DNA of 64,000 nucleotides from a virus (lineage: Duplodnaviria > Caudoviricetes), in the IMG/VR virus record IMGVR_UViG_3300006133_000325. The stretch is one strand, 5' to 3'. The translations under genes and the position numbers were made by a program. The notes beneath the pieces were generated by a model that saw only the letters and a program-made list of their open reading frames with translations, had not been told where the DNA came from and did no database searches. Every line of letters begins with the position of its first letter. Positions within the stretch are counted from its first letter, which is position 1. This document shows, one piece after another, positions 49,508 to 59,473 of this stretch.

Positions 49508-50935
49508 TTATGCACTTTCTCTTGTTTCATTATTCATAAACTTATCCAAATCTGCTTTCATATGTAAAAAATTCTGCTTTTGATCGAACGAGTACATATT
49601 GGTTCTTTTAAAGTAATCTACAATCCAATCATCCAAATCGATCTCCTTATCAAAGGAATATGCAACCATGGCAATTAAAGAAGGATGATTTCTCTTATGT
49701 AGCAGCTTTGAAGTATTATCAACATTTAAAGTCAGTACTTCAAAAACCTCTTCGTATTGCTCTAAATCATCTTTAGTTACGCCTTTGTCTACAACTTCCT
49801 GAATAAACTCTAATTCGTTGATATCTTCTGTATCTTCCTTTTTGATATGAAAAAACTCATGCAAAAGCTCCTCTAATAAAGCCAGCTTCTGAGAAACAAC
49901 AGATTTATCTTTGGTCGAACGGCTTCCGTTTATTTCCAAAAACTTCTTTCCGTTTTCTGTGCCAAATAATTTACCATTTTTAAAGGCATATAAAAATTCT
50001 AAGAATCTCTCCTCCGCCAATTCAAGTGCGGTAAATTTATCATAGACAGTAAACCAAATAAAAGAATCTTTGCTTGTAAAAAGTTTCTGCAATTCTTCAT
50101 CTTCGCCTACAATTTTTTCAAGTTTAACCAAATTTTGTTCTAATTTATCAAATTCTTTTTTAGAGGAATTTTTATTTAAAAAAGCCCCCATTTTTTTGCT
50201 TTGTTTATTCCACTTATCAAAGTGAAACATACACATTACAGATTCTATGATGATTCTCTCTATTGTTCCATTATTCCGTTCCTTTGCACTATATGTTCCG
50301 CAATCCTTAAAAAAGCGATTATGGAGAGAAATTCTTTTCACTTCCTTTGCCATATTATCCATATATGTCACGGCACTTTGAGACATGTTCATAGATTTTT
50401 GCTTATTATATCTTCTGATATGGTATCCAATTTCTTCATCGGTACAATCTAAGTGTTTGACAATATCAATTTTGAAATTATCAAATTTCTCTTTCAATTC
50501 AGGTGGCAAATCTGAATATCCCTTTCCACGCAAATCATACTCTACATTTTCATATTTGTATTCCCCATATTTATCCTTAGTAATATTTCCGTCCGAATCT
50601 CTTATAGTTTTTTGATATACAATAATTGGAAATTCGATATTACTTCCAACTTTAAAAACTCCATTCTTATATTCGTTTAATGTAGATACTCTTTGCACTC
50701 CATCAATTAGCCACAATACAACGCCGCCATCCCGAAGCTGCTCACATAATTTAATCGAATCAATATCTTCACCTTTAATTACACTGGCAATCAAACCATC
50801 CTTATCTGTTTTTGTCCACTGATCTGGTTTTCTTTGTAAAGGATGATCTTTTCTCAGTTCACCTCTGTCAAACATTTTCTGAATTGTATCATTCATATAA
50901 GCATCTTTTATCCGCTTATCCCTTACTAAACACAT
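49508..50935 (-). CDS. DUF262 (ParB/Srx, GmrS-like) domain protein
   Basis: HPLQR...W, LI.S, LIDGVQR, RRYN. Confidence 0.75.
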   Translation of the reverse strand: MCLVRDKRIKDAYMNDTIQKMFDRGELRKDHPLQRKPDQWTKTDKDGLIASVIKGEDIDSIKLCEQLRDGGVVLWLIDGVQRVSTLNEYKNGVFKVGSNIEFPIIVYQKTIRDSDGNITKDKYGEYKYENVEYDLRGKGYSDLPPELKEKFDNFKIDIVKHLDCTDEEIGYHIRRYNKQKSMNMSQSAVTYMDNMAKEVKRISLHNRFFKDCGTYSAKERNNGTIERIIIESVMCMFHFDKWNKQSKKMGAFLNKNSSKKEFDKLEQNLVKLEKIVGEDEELQKLFTSKDSFIWFTVYDKFTALELAEERFLEFLYAFKNGKLFGTENGKKFLEINGSRSTKDKSVVSQKLALLEELLHEFFHIKKEDTEDINELEFIQEVVDKGVTKDDLEQYEEVFEVLTLNVDNTSKLLHKRNHPSLIAMVAYSFDKEIDLDDWIVDYFKRTNMYSFDQKQNFLHMKADLDKFMNNETRESA

Positions 50936-50954
50936 ATTTTATTACCATCCTTTC

Positions 50955-51506
50955 CTAAAATAATAATGAGATATTTTCATATGCGTGAATTCCTATCATA
51001 ATATCTTGATATTCCCTCTCGCTTATGTGTAGCATTTCCTGAATTTCCCCTGCTCGAAAAGAAGCTGCCAAAAGTTCTACAACTTTTCTCTCTTTCTTTG
51101 ATAATGAATCAAGATAATATTCTATTTTACTACTTCTTTCATCCTCCCATCCTAACACCTCTCTTTCCACATTAAAGTCACTTGCTATAATGTCTGCCAA
51201 TGTGACACTTCCATCTCCAATAGGAGAATCAATAGGAACTGATATTCGATCTATTTTTCTTTTTTCTCGATTCCTTCTTGTTACTTCACTCTTAATTTTA
51301 TTAGACAAGCAACTATACAAAAATGGATCAAACGGTTTTTTATCATCATATCTTTGCATAACATCAACAAATACTTCATTAGCTAAAGAATAAAAATCAT
51401 CTACATCTTTATTTGCCAGCCCCCCAAAATGCAAAAGAATTTTATCTACTACCAAGTGCAATCTTTTTGCATTATTTTCATAATATGAATTTAAAATCTG
51501 TTCCAT
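50955..51506 (-). CDS. Phage sigma-70-family sigma factor
   Basis: Region 2-like DFYSLANEVF..YD, region 4-like LSKKERKVVELL...EIQEML. Confidence 0.7.
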   Translation of the reverse strand: MEQILNSYYENNAKRLHLVVDKILLHFGGLANKDVDDFYSLANEVFVDVMQRYDDKKPFDPFLYSCLSNKIKSEVTRRNREKRKIDRISVPIDSPIGDGSVTLADIIASDFNVEREVLGWEDERSSKIEYYLDSLSKKERKVVELLAASFRAGEIQEMLHISEREYQDIMIGIHAYENISLLF

Positions 51507-51546
51507 TTTCTCTTCCTCCCATTGGAATATTTACTTAATATTTTTT

Positions 51547-51714
51547 CTATTTCTTAGTAAAATCCTCATCAAATATTCTTTTGAAATCAAGCCTATTTAT
51601 ATACTTTCTTTCATGGCACCTAGGACACTCATTATACTTGTTACTCTTTATACCTCCTCTTTTTTCATACCTTGTACCACTTTTCATTTTTATGCCACAT
51701 CTTTTACATAACAT
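51547..51714 (-). CDS. Small Zn-ribbon protein (55 aa, not in ORF track)
   Basis: MLCKRCG...ECPRCH. Confidence 0.6.
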   Translation of the reverse strand: MLCKRCGIKMKSGTRYEKRGGIKSNKYNECPRCHERKYINRLDFKRIFDEDFTKK

Positions 51715-52327
51715 CCTCGCTTTCCTCCTCTACAATCCTATACGTATATTTTCTCTTAAAGAGTCCATCTATGGCTCTCTTAATCATTTCTCTATCCAAA
51801 TATGATACATCTACATTTCCCAATACATTTCTTATAATCATTATTTCATCCTTTGCTTCCCTTCTTTTTTTCCTATTTTCTCTAATTCTATTATATATTT
51901 TCCAAGCATCATACAGCCCTTTTGCAGATTCTAGCTCTATCTTATGTAGTATATCAACCAGTTCTGTATCTGTATCTTCTAAAACTTTTATTAGATACTC
52001 TGAACGCTGTTTTGCCTCTTTAAAGATATCTGAGCATGTGCCAAACTTATCAATCCATATTGAAATATCCTTAGATAATTCATATTCTTCCGCTTTTATT
52101 ATTTTCTTTTGAATATTTTCTTTTTTTGTCTGAACCATTTGCACATTTTCCGGAAGTGGATATATTTTAAAATTAAGCCTCTTTAATGTTTTGGGTAGGC
52201 TATTTAAAATATGCTTTGCCTTTTCTTCTGAAAATATCCCTTTTTTCTTCTCCGAACATGTCTCCACTCTACCATTTTTAGTAAGCATAATATATAACTT
52301 TTTATGATTCTTAATAACATATTCCAT
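51704..52327 (-). CDS. Hypothetical phage protein
   Basis: DILHKIE...RKKRR..KDE. Confidence 0.7.
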   Translation of the reverse strand: MEYVIKNHKKLYIMLTKNGRVETCSEKKKGIFSEEKAKHILNSLPKTLKRLNFKIYPLPENVQMVQTKKENIQKKIIKAEEYELSKDISIWIDKFGTCSDIFKEAKQRSEYLIKVLEDTDTELVDILHKIELESAKGLYDAWKIYNRIRENRKKRREAKDEIMIIRNVLGNVDVSYLDREMIKRAIDGLFKRKYTYRIVEEESEDVM

Positions 52328-52619
52328 ATGATTTCATATCCTTTCTTTAAAAGATGAGTATAAGAAATACACATTCATATCACATAAAAAATGAATACTC
52401 TAAAATAGCTTTAAAAATGTATTTTATAAAGCCACTGTCTTTATATTTTATTTTATAAGTGAAAAATTTGACGAAACGTCTGAAAAACTGTTTGACAATG
52501 ATATGTAAATATGTTTTAATATCAATAGACGGTTCGCCGTTGTTCTGCTAAAGCCTGTCCAACCAGAGGTGTTCCAGCACCGTTTGTATGGTTCGGATAG
52601 GTTTTTTCTTGTAAGGTAC

Positions 52620-52671
52620 ATTATAAAACATACGTTTGTTTTTGTCAATACTTTTTCAAAACATCCGTTTG
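52620..52671 (-). promoter_or_regulatory. Consensus sigma-A promoter overlapped by two LexA-box-like sites
   Basis: TTGACA-17-TATAAT; AAAC-N4-GTTTG at 52625-52638 and 52658-52671. Confidence 0.6.
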
Positions 52672-52696
52672 ATTATTTTTTGTCCTTTTTTATCTA

Positions 52697-52885
52697 TTAA
52701 AAAAATTCCCTCATAAAATCATCATTTAACGCTGTTACTGTCTTGATATCTTGAAATATATTGTAATCTTCTTCCCGGTATTTAGGCGCGAACATAATAT
52801 CGCTATCTTCGTTTTCTTTTTCCAAATATTGTACGAAAATCAATACATTAGTACGTCTACTACAATATTCCTTTTCCTCTTCCAA
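52697..52885 (-). CDS. Hypothetical protein
   Basis: Short acidic ORF. Confidence 0.4.
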   Translation of the reverse strand: MEEEKEYCSRRTNVLIFVQYLEKENEDSDIMFAPKYREEDYNIFQDIKTVTALNDDFMREFF

Positions 52886-52921
52886 TGTCGTTTTTACATA
52901 TCACATAATATTCTCATCTCC

Positions 52922-53159
52922 TTAATCTTCAAAATTTGCTTCATAAACGCGACAAATAGCGTCTCTTTGTCTTGTTAGAGTATGTGTCGGCTGATTTAAG
53001 TTTTTTAATTTCGTAGAAAATGGCATTACAATAGTTGTGGAACTGTGCAGATTTCCAACATTATTTTGTATTACTAAAACAGGACGTACTCCTCCTTGTT
53101 CTGATCCTATCGCTCCATTTAAATTTGCTTCTACTACATCATATTTTTTTTATATCCAT
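52922..53159 (-). pseudogene. mazF: MazF/PemK toxin pseudogene
   Basis: GSEQGGVRPVLVIQNNVGN; extra A in an A run after the start; internal deletion. Confidence 0.8.
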
Positions 53160-53210
53160 ATATACATCCTTCTCTCTCGTAACCTCTTTCTGTTTCGTAT
53201 TATATCACGC

Positions 53211-53270
53211 ACAATAAATATTGTTAACAATATTTATTGTACAAAATATTTATTGCAAAAAATATTTATT
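53211..53270. promoter_or_regulatory. Operator-like repeat array
   Basis: 30-bp perfect palindrome ACAATAAATATTGTTAACAATATTTATTGT plus two more AATATTTATT copies. Confidence 0.6.
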
Positions 53271-53294
53271 TCTGATAATATGTAATCATCACAC

Positions 53295-53561
53295 GTGAAA
53301 GGAAGGAATCTTATGCAAGTAATGTTACGTGAACTTCTTGATAAGAACGAAAAATCCATATATTGGCTCAGTAAGGAAACTGGTATAACTCAAGCTGCTT
53401 TGTCTAATCTTTGCAATAATAAAACTAACCGGATTGATTTTTCTGTATTAGACAAGATTTGTATTGCACTTGATTGCAAACCTAATGATATTCTAATTCC
53501 TAAACATCAAATGGCTTTACTAACGTCAGAGCCTAATAATCAAGACGATACTTCCAAATAA
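53295..53561 (+). CDS. Xre/Cro-like HTH regulator
   Basis: LSKETGITQAALSNL...LDKICIALDC. Confidence 0.9.
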   Translation: MKGRNLMQVMLRELLDKNEKSIYWLSKETGITQAALSNLCNNKTNRIDFSVLDKICIALDCKPNDILIPKHQMALLTSEPNNQDDTSK

Positions 53562-53612
53562 AGTATCGTCTTGAAACAGTCCTTTTATCAAAATACAATT
53601 ACATTATGTAAG

Positions 53613-54383
53613 TCATCTTACATCTGGAGAGATATCATAATATCCATTTTTCCTAAGCAATTTACGAATATAATCTAATCCAATCTTAGTTCCGTAGGTA
53701 AGGCTTCTAATTTTGCCATCATGACATGTTGTTTCTTTAACCGCAAACTTTCCCTCTTTCCGGAAGCGTTCATACGGAACATTTACCATATCTTTATCAT
53801 AAAATAATACCCTCTTGTCTCTAAGAAAAGCAAATAATTTATATTCACCAATACCAAGCTCCTTGGTCATTGTATTAATACTCATCAGCCCTTCCGTGTT
53901 CATTAGATCGTCGTAAAATTGCTTTAACTCTCTATTCTGCCGGTTCAAATCATTCACCATTTCCGTTTGTACTTCTTTTGAAAAGGAAGGAAAATAATTT
54001 CTAACCATTTCTTCTTCTCGACCTTCTGGCATTGCTGCACCTGTAAGGCGGATGGATTTTAGATATTGTTTGATTTCTTTTTTCATTTCTTTAGCGATAT
54101 GTTTAGTAGATCTCATACAACATTCATATAAACCATCTTCCGTTAAAGCCCATGTCTCTTGAATTCCTCCAAGGGTCTTAAAACTTTTAAGTCCCTTTTT
54201 ATTGTCATCAATTTTCTTTACCATATTGGTAATTTGATATTTCCCATTACTTCCTTTAGAATAATCAATCCACTCTGCTACATCTTTTGCCATAAATAAT
54301 GGATTTTCAATACTTCCATACATCTGAATCTTCTTCCCAAGAATTTCAGTCTCTTGGATTACTGTTAAAACTTGTTCTGCCAT
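53613..54383 (-). CDS. Phage antirepressor (BRO-N + KilAC)
   Basis: PLFMAKDVAEWI, LTEDGLYE, LFAFLR, T..G..YI. Confidence 0.85.
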   Translation of the reverse strand: MAEQVLTVIQETEILGKKIQMYGSIENPLFMAKDVAEWIDYSKGSNGKYQITNMVKKIDDNKKGLKSFKTLGGIQETWALTEDGLYECCMRSTKHIAKEMKKEIKQYLKSIRLTGAAMPEGREEEMVRNYFPSFSKEVQTEMVNDLNRQNRELKQFYDDLMNTEGLMSINTMTKELGIGEYKLFAFLRDKRVLFYDKDMVNVPYERFRKEGKFAVKETTCHDGKIRSLTYGTKIGLDYIRKLLRKNGYYDISPDVR

Positions 54384-54552
54384 AATTCAGTTCCTTTCTT
54401 AGACATATTTCATTGGTTAATAGTTCCAATACTTACTTCTCCAAAAAATCGACATCCTATAAATTTTTGCGATACTCGCTATTTTATTTTCAATGTACGA
54501 TTTGATTTTGAAATTTGACTTGAAATAGTCCATGAAATAAGATAGAATATAT

Positions 54553-54626
54553 CTGACTTTGGATTATTCCAAGTCTTTGGTTAATGACGGCTCTAAACTT
54601 TGGTCGGTGGAGAGCCGTCATTTTGT
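54553..54626 (+). ncRNA. Candidate antisense sRNA to the antirepressor leader
   Basis: TTGAAA-17-TAGAAT promoter, two hairpins, the second of 12 bp followed by Ts. Confidence 0.45.
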
Positions 54627-54695
54627 CTTGACTTATGAATTATTTTCATATATAATAATTTTAATCTTGTATACGAAAAATAATTTTATATATGT

Positions 54696-54724
54696 ATTAT
54701 ATACTTTCAATATATGAATGTCAA
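54696..54724 (-). promoter_or_regulatory. Perfect consensus promoter toward the antirepressor
   Basis: TTGACA-17-TATAAT, divergent from the repressor. Confidence 0.7.
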
Positions 54725-54769
54725 TACATATATAGGAAAATTTTCTTTTATATGTAAAGGAGAATATAT

Positions 54770-55579
54770 ATGGATAATGAACAATTAGTTACTTCAATAA
54801 AAGTTCTGTGTAAAGCTAATGACATAACTGTCACAAAACTTGAAGAAGTTCTTGGGATGAGTCAAGGGTTAATTAGTCGTTGGAACAAATCTGATCCATC
54901 ATTAAGTAAAATCATAGATATAGCAAATTATTTTAAAATATCTGTAGATACCTTAATAAATTCCAAAAAAATATTAAATGATAAATTCTTGTGCAAACTT
55001 TTAGCAGATACTACTAGACGAAAGCTAATTTGGCATCCTTATGATGATGAGATTACTGTACCAAAAAAACATAGTGATCCCGATGCACCGAAAATTTATC
55101 GCGATTTTCCTCCATCTGGAGGAGTATCTGTCTTAAATGGAGTAGAAACATCATTTTATACATGCATAAATAATGGATATATTTCCCTATACAGTTTCCA
55201 TTCACAGAATAATACCCAAAAGAATGCTATTATCCTTTTATATATACAACCCGAACCTGATTCCAATCTTATTCAACAATCCTATCAAACAGATGACTTA
55301 AAAGATTTATGGCAAAATGTATTGCTTAATCTTGATGAGAATGCTCCTGATGATATAAAAGCAGAAAAATTAAAATTTTCTTATATTTCTGATATAGAAA
55401 ATGAATTTGAATCAACTTCTAAAAATACTAATATAAAAGATGTTTTAAATAATCAGTCTCTCGCAGAAGTAAACAGGCTAGTAAAAACACCAGAATTTCA
55501 AGAAGTACAAAAACTTTTTTCCAATCCAGAATTTCAAAAAGTTATAGAAATTGCTCAAAAGACTATAATCAATCAATAA
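54770..55579 (+). CDS. Xre-family HTH repressor with C-terminal extension
   Basis: ITVTKLEEVLGMSQGLISRW...IANYFKISVDTL. Confidence 0.8.
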   Translation: MDNEQLVTSIKVLCKANDITVTKLEEVLGMSQGLISRWNKSDPSLSKIIDIANYFKISVDTLINSKKILNDKFLCKLLADTTRRKLIWHPYDDEITVPKKHSDPDAPKIYRDFPPSGGVSVLNGVETSFYTCINNGYISLYSFHSQNNTQKNAIILLYIQPEPDSNLIQQSYQTDDLKDLWQNVLLNLDENAPDDIKAEKLKFSYISDIENEFESTSKNTNIKDVLNNQSLAEVNRLVKTPEFQEVQKLFSNPEFQKVIEIAQKTIINQ

Positions 55580-55590
55580 TATAAATTATC

Positions 55591-55627
55591 AAAGGCGCTA
55601 TATGCTATTTCATATAACGCCTTTTTA
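55591..55627 (+). terminator. Intrinsic terminator (probably bidirectional)
   Basis: AAAGGCG..ATATG/CATAT..CGCCTTT plus T-run. Confidence 0.6.
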
Positions 55628-55656
55628 TACATTATTACCAGAACAATTTATGAATA

Positions 55657-56013
55657 TTATCTACAATACTTCCTTAATAATTCCTTTACTTCACTTTGCT
55701 TTAAATTTTCCACTTCTTTTTTAGCATAAACAGCTAACAAATAAATCAATTTATCATTTTTTATAACATAATATATTACTCTAAAGCCATTTTTAGGACT
55801 TCTATTAGCATCAATATTTGCAACCATAACTTTATAAACATCTTCGCTTTCTGGCAGCCCTAAATTATCATAAGCAACTCCAATTAAATTGCCATGTTCT
55901 AATTGTAGAAAAACTTCTTCAAATTCTTCTTTAGACTTTGGATATTTCTTCAAAAGTCTCTTAAATTGATTTTTAAAATTAGATGTATATTCTATATCAT
56001 ACAATTTGTACAC
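55657..56013 (-). CDS. RelE/HigB-family toxin
   Basis: F..QFKRL.KKYP, GFRVIYY, IYLLAVYAK. Confidence 0.8.
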   Translation of the reverse strand: MYKLYDIEYTSNFKNQFKRLLKKYPKSKEEFEEVFLQLEHGNLIGVAYDNLGLPESEDVYKVMVANIDANRSPKNGFRVIYYVIKNDKLIYLLAVYAKKEVENLKQSEVKELLRKYCR

Positions 56014-56196
56014 CTACTCTTCCTCTAAAATAAACAAATCATGCCAGGAAGGTTTCTTAGACTTTTTACTTTTTTTACTTTTCATTTCTTGCATCTCTTT
56101 CAAGGATTCTTCTAATTCTCTCAAAAAAATTTTTTCATTATAATTAATAGTAGTTGTAGTCATAGAATAGCCCTCCTTTTCTTTATCTTCATTCAT
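56014..56196 (-). CDS. Putative cognate antitoxin
   Basis: Small ORF abutting toxin; ELEESLKEM...SWHDLF. Confidence 0.6.
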   Translation of the reverse strand: MNEDKEKEGYSMTTTTINYNEKIFLRELEESLKEMQEMKSKKSKKSKKPSWHDLFILEEE

Positions 56197-56221
56197 ATTA
56201 TATCACCCCACAATCTGAAAA

Positions 56222-56533
56222 TCAACTATAGCTTTCAAATTCATTATATCCACTATATTCTTTCTTTAATACCTTTTCTCTTGACCTTTCTCTCTCATCT
56301 CTCACTGTAGGCAACCCATATTTCTTACCAAACTTACACAATCCACATCCACAATGAATCTTCCCTTTTGAATATTGTCCATCATATTTATACCAATCAT
56401 AACCATATTTTCTATTGGCTATTTTCTTTTTCCTTTTTATAGCACACTCTCTAACATGTCTATAATATACCCTATCTCTTCCAACTTCTTTTTCATAAGT
56501 ATTCCTCCTACCCAAATGATTAAAGGATACCAT
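56222..56533 (-). CDS. Hypothetical basic protein
   Basis: SKGKIHCGCGLC. Confidence 0.55.
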   Translation of the reverse strand: MVSFNHLGRRNTYEKEVGRDRVYYRHVRECAIKRKKKIANRKYGYDWYKYDGQYSKGKIHCGCGLCKFGKKYGLPTVRDERERSREKVLKKEYSGYNEFESYS

Positions 56534-56616
56534 ATATTTCTATATGATATCCTTTAGACAAAATGTTGCACTTAATATCTTCTATGTAATCCTGTTATAA
56601 TAACATGTTTAAACTA

Positions 56617-57175
56617 TTACTCCAAATGTTCCAACAGTTTTTCTCCCCTAGGATGATTTCTGTTTTCTATAATCTGAATTATACGTTGTTTTTCTTTATC
56701 ATTCAGTTCATAGCACTCCTCCGTCTTTTGTCCAAATTCACCATAACCTAATTGCCAAAAAAACATATAAAATACATCATCATTAAATTTTTCTACCTTA
56801 CTGAATATCTCATCTACTGTAAAGATATCATATGTCCTAGTAAAAAGACAATATAACAACCATTTAGCCTTTATTTTATCATCATTCCATGATAAAACTT
56901 TTTCACCCATATTTAAAAACATCCTTTGTATCTGGGGAGAAAACATATATATCTGAACCACAATACACAAAAATATTTTCAATTCCTTTTGCGACAGTCT
57001 TTACTGTTTCTAAATATGGAATTTTAATAATTGAATCTTTTTCGATATAGTCAGCTAAGATATTATCCGCCGTTTCAACAAATATATTAGTTATGTCAGA
57101 TTTAGCTTCTTGTAAATAATTATTATCCATCTCAAGTTTCTTTCTGCTTAAACTAAAATAAAAGTAACAAATCAT
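56617..57175 (-). pseudogene. Hypothetical gene downstream of TIR, apparently frameshifted
   Basis: Overlapping ORFs 56903-57175 and 56617-56982. Confidence 0.4.
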
Positions 57176-57199
57176 TACTATAAATAAATATGTGATACT

Positions 57200-58150
57200 C
57201 TATTTTTCCAATAAAAAGTCAAAGCCTATTCTACATACATTGTTATTTTTATTATATGTATTATCTGGCACATAAGGGCTATCTAACAATATAATAACCC
57301 ATTCTGAATATGGTATAAATATACAACTCGCAGGAATCGTCTCTTGATAGTCAGAAATAACAACATACCTTTCAGCAGTTTTCTCTTTAATAATCCATTT
57401 TTCTAAATATGTGTATGGCTTAACTTTTCCGTTCAAAATAAAATAGACTCTATCTAACACATCACTAATTGTTGTGGTATATTCGATTTTAATATATTCT
57501 ACGATTTGTTTATTATAGTTATCTTTATATTCTATTGACACTTCATATTCTATTTGGGAGATGTTGTAGTTCAACTTAAACTTCATTATCATTTCGAAAT
57601 AATTATCTAACTTTTGTTCTAACATTTTATAAGAATTTTCTTTTTCAAGAGATTTTTGTTTTTGTGAAACAAAACAATTTCTCATATCATTTAAACTTTT
57701 TACAATTAAAGCATGAAAAATTTCTTCATCAAATACTACATCAAATACGTCAAGAATTTTTTTCATTAATATATTTGCCTCATCTATATTTGAAAACCCA
57801 AAAATTTGTTTTTGTTGTAAAGGAGTAGATACTTGTCCAATGTTAATTAAAAACTTTACTGGTATTAACTTACTATCTCTTAATGCTTCGGCATATCCAC
57901 TTTCATATAAAATCCATGGTTGATCGTTACTATTTGGAGTAATAAAAGATACAACTGCTTGACTACATTTTAAATTATTCAATATAGTTTCAAACCAGTT
58001 ATCTCCTCCCATAAACCCCCCATGTACCTCTGTATCATTTGAAAACCAAATATGGATTTGATTTAATGAAACTCTATTTATTAAATCCGCAAATATCTTA
58101 ACAACTTCTTTATCCAAACTAGAATGACTTATAAATAAATTTTTATTCAT
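57200..58150 (-). CDS. TIR domain protein
   Basis: LFISHSSLDK, ITPNS..QPWILYESGYA (catalytic Glu). Confidence 0.85.
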   Translation of the reverse strand: MNKNLFISHSSLDKEVVKIFADLINRVSLNQIHIWFSNDTEVHGGFMGGDNWFETILNNLKCSQAVVSFITPNSNDQPWILYESGYAEALRDSKLIPVKFLINIGQVSTPLQQKQIFGFSNIDEANILMKKILDVFDVVFDEEIFHALIVKSLNDMRNCFVSQKQKSLEKENSYKMLEQKLDNYFEMIMKFKLNYNISQIEYEVSIEYKDNYNKQIVEYIKIEYTTTISDVLDRVYFILNGKVKPYTYLEKWIIKEKTAERYVVISDYQETIPASCIFIPYSEWVIILLDSPYVPDNTYNKNNNVCRIGFDFLLEK

Positions 58151-58465
58151 GTTGACTATTCTCCTCTTTATTCATATTGTCCTCCAAAATATTTTACAAC
58201 TTCTCTATTTTTGCATGATATATCATATTTTCCAATTCACACATACATTCAAAACATAAATCCACAATGCAATCTTTCAGGGAATTCTCAAAACAAAATT
58301 TGATACAAGTCTTCCTCATTACTTCGCTTCCCACAACTGATACAATCTCCAAATCCTTCTGCACCAGTTAATTCACTCTATTTCGTATCCAATTTCCTCC
58401 CATTCCAATAAAATCAATCATATATCCACATATGACTAACGGACTGGAAAAACACAATCCTCCAA

Positions 58466-58915
58466 TCATATATTTCTCTTTACATTTAACACACTCATTA
58501 ATGCTTCCTGTAACACCCTGGAAACATTTATTCCTGCACGTTCCGCTTCATAATTAAGCCAACGAGGAAGTGCCACATTTCTTCTGACCGTTTTTGTATC
58601 AATTCTTTTTCTGTACTCAGAAAAATCAACATCTACATAAGTCAAAATGCCTTGAGAGAAGTCAATATCTTCTGTATCCTGCTTTACTTTTTCAATAGCA
58701 GCATTTTGGTCTGACGGTACAGGAAATTGTTCTTTATTATCTTCCATTGAAATTCCCGCAAGTCCAATAGCATCCCTTGCCATCTCAATAGCGTCTGCAA
58801 AAGTATCACCTTCAGTGAATATTTCCATATCAGGAACACATACTAAAAAAGAATGTTCGGAATCATCATTTGTATTTAATATAAAAGTTGGATAAACTTG
58901 TTTCATATTATTCAC
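58466..58915 (-). CDS. hicB: HicB antitoxin
   Basis: YP.F, VPD...TEG.T..DAIEMARDA, LP.WL...A...GIN.S.VLQEAL. Confidence 0.92.
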   Translation of the reverse strand: MNNMKQVYPTFILNTNDDSEHSFLVCVPDMEIFTEGDTFADAIEMARDAIGLAGISMEDNKEQFPVPSDQNAAIEKVKQDTEDIDFSQGILTYVDVDFSEYRKRIDTKTVRRNVALPRWLNYEAERAGINVSRVLQEALMSVLNVKRNI

Positions 58916-58918
58916 TCC

Positions 58919-59125
58919 TTATAATAATTTCCATTTTCTAAGTATCATTCTTGCCAAATTCTCATTCACTTCTTTATGTCTTGGGATTTTTTCTATATCA
59001 CTACCCCTTCTGTATATATCATAATTTCCTCCATGTCTTTCAAATGAAAATCCAGCATCTTCAAGTTTTTTAATCAAATCCCTTTGTTTCATTAGTGTTC
59101 CTTCTTGCAATATTATTATACACAC
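58919..59125 (-). CDS. hicA: HicA toxin (catalytic His position reads Tyr)
   Basis: MKQRDLIKKL...RHGGNYDIY...IPRH.EVNE.LA. Confidence 0.88.
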   Translation of the reverse strand: MCIIILQEGTLMKQRDLIKKLEDAGFSFERHGGNYDIYRRGSDIEKIPRHKEVNENLARMILRKWKLL

Positions 59126-59181
59126 TAATTACACAATCGTCAATATAATTATACGCTCGTTTATTCTTATAAATGGATTGC

Positions 59182-59439
59182 TTAATGGTTTTTTATTTTC
59201 TCATATTGCTGAAAATATTTCTTACACAAATTTTTGTTATAGAAATGAATATTACTTTTTCTAATTTCTGTATCATAGTCCATATCCTGTTCATATTTTC
59301 CGCATAAACTTTTACCAATGTTAATAAATTTTGAATCCTTCTTATCATTGCCAATAAAACAATGATATTTTGCATTTTGAACAATAAAAGGTTCCTTGTG
59401 ATTATCGCTATTGCAAGCTTTTAACATCCATTTTATCAT
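59182..59439 (-). CDS. Hypothetical protein
   Basis: ORF in operon. Confidence 0.45.
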   Translation of the reverse strand: MIKWMLKACNSDNHKEPFIVQNAKYHCFIGNDKKDSKFINIGKSLCGKYEQDMDYDTEIRKSNIHFYNKNLCKKYFQQYEKIKNH

Positions 59440-59473
59440 TGCTACTTCTATTTCTTTTTTTTCACCCTTCTTA

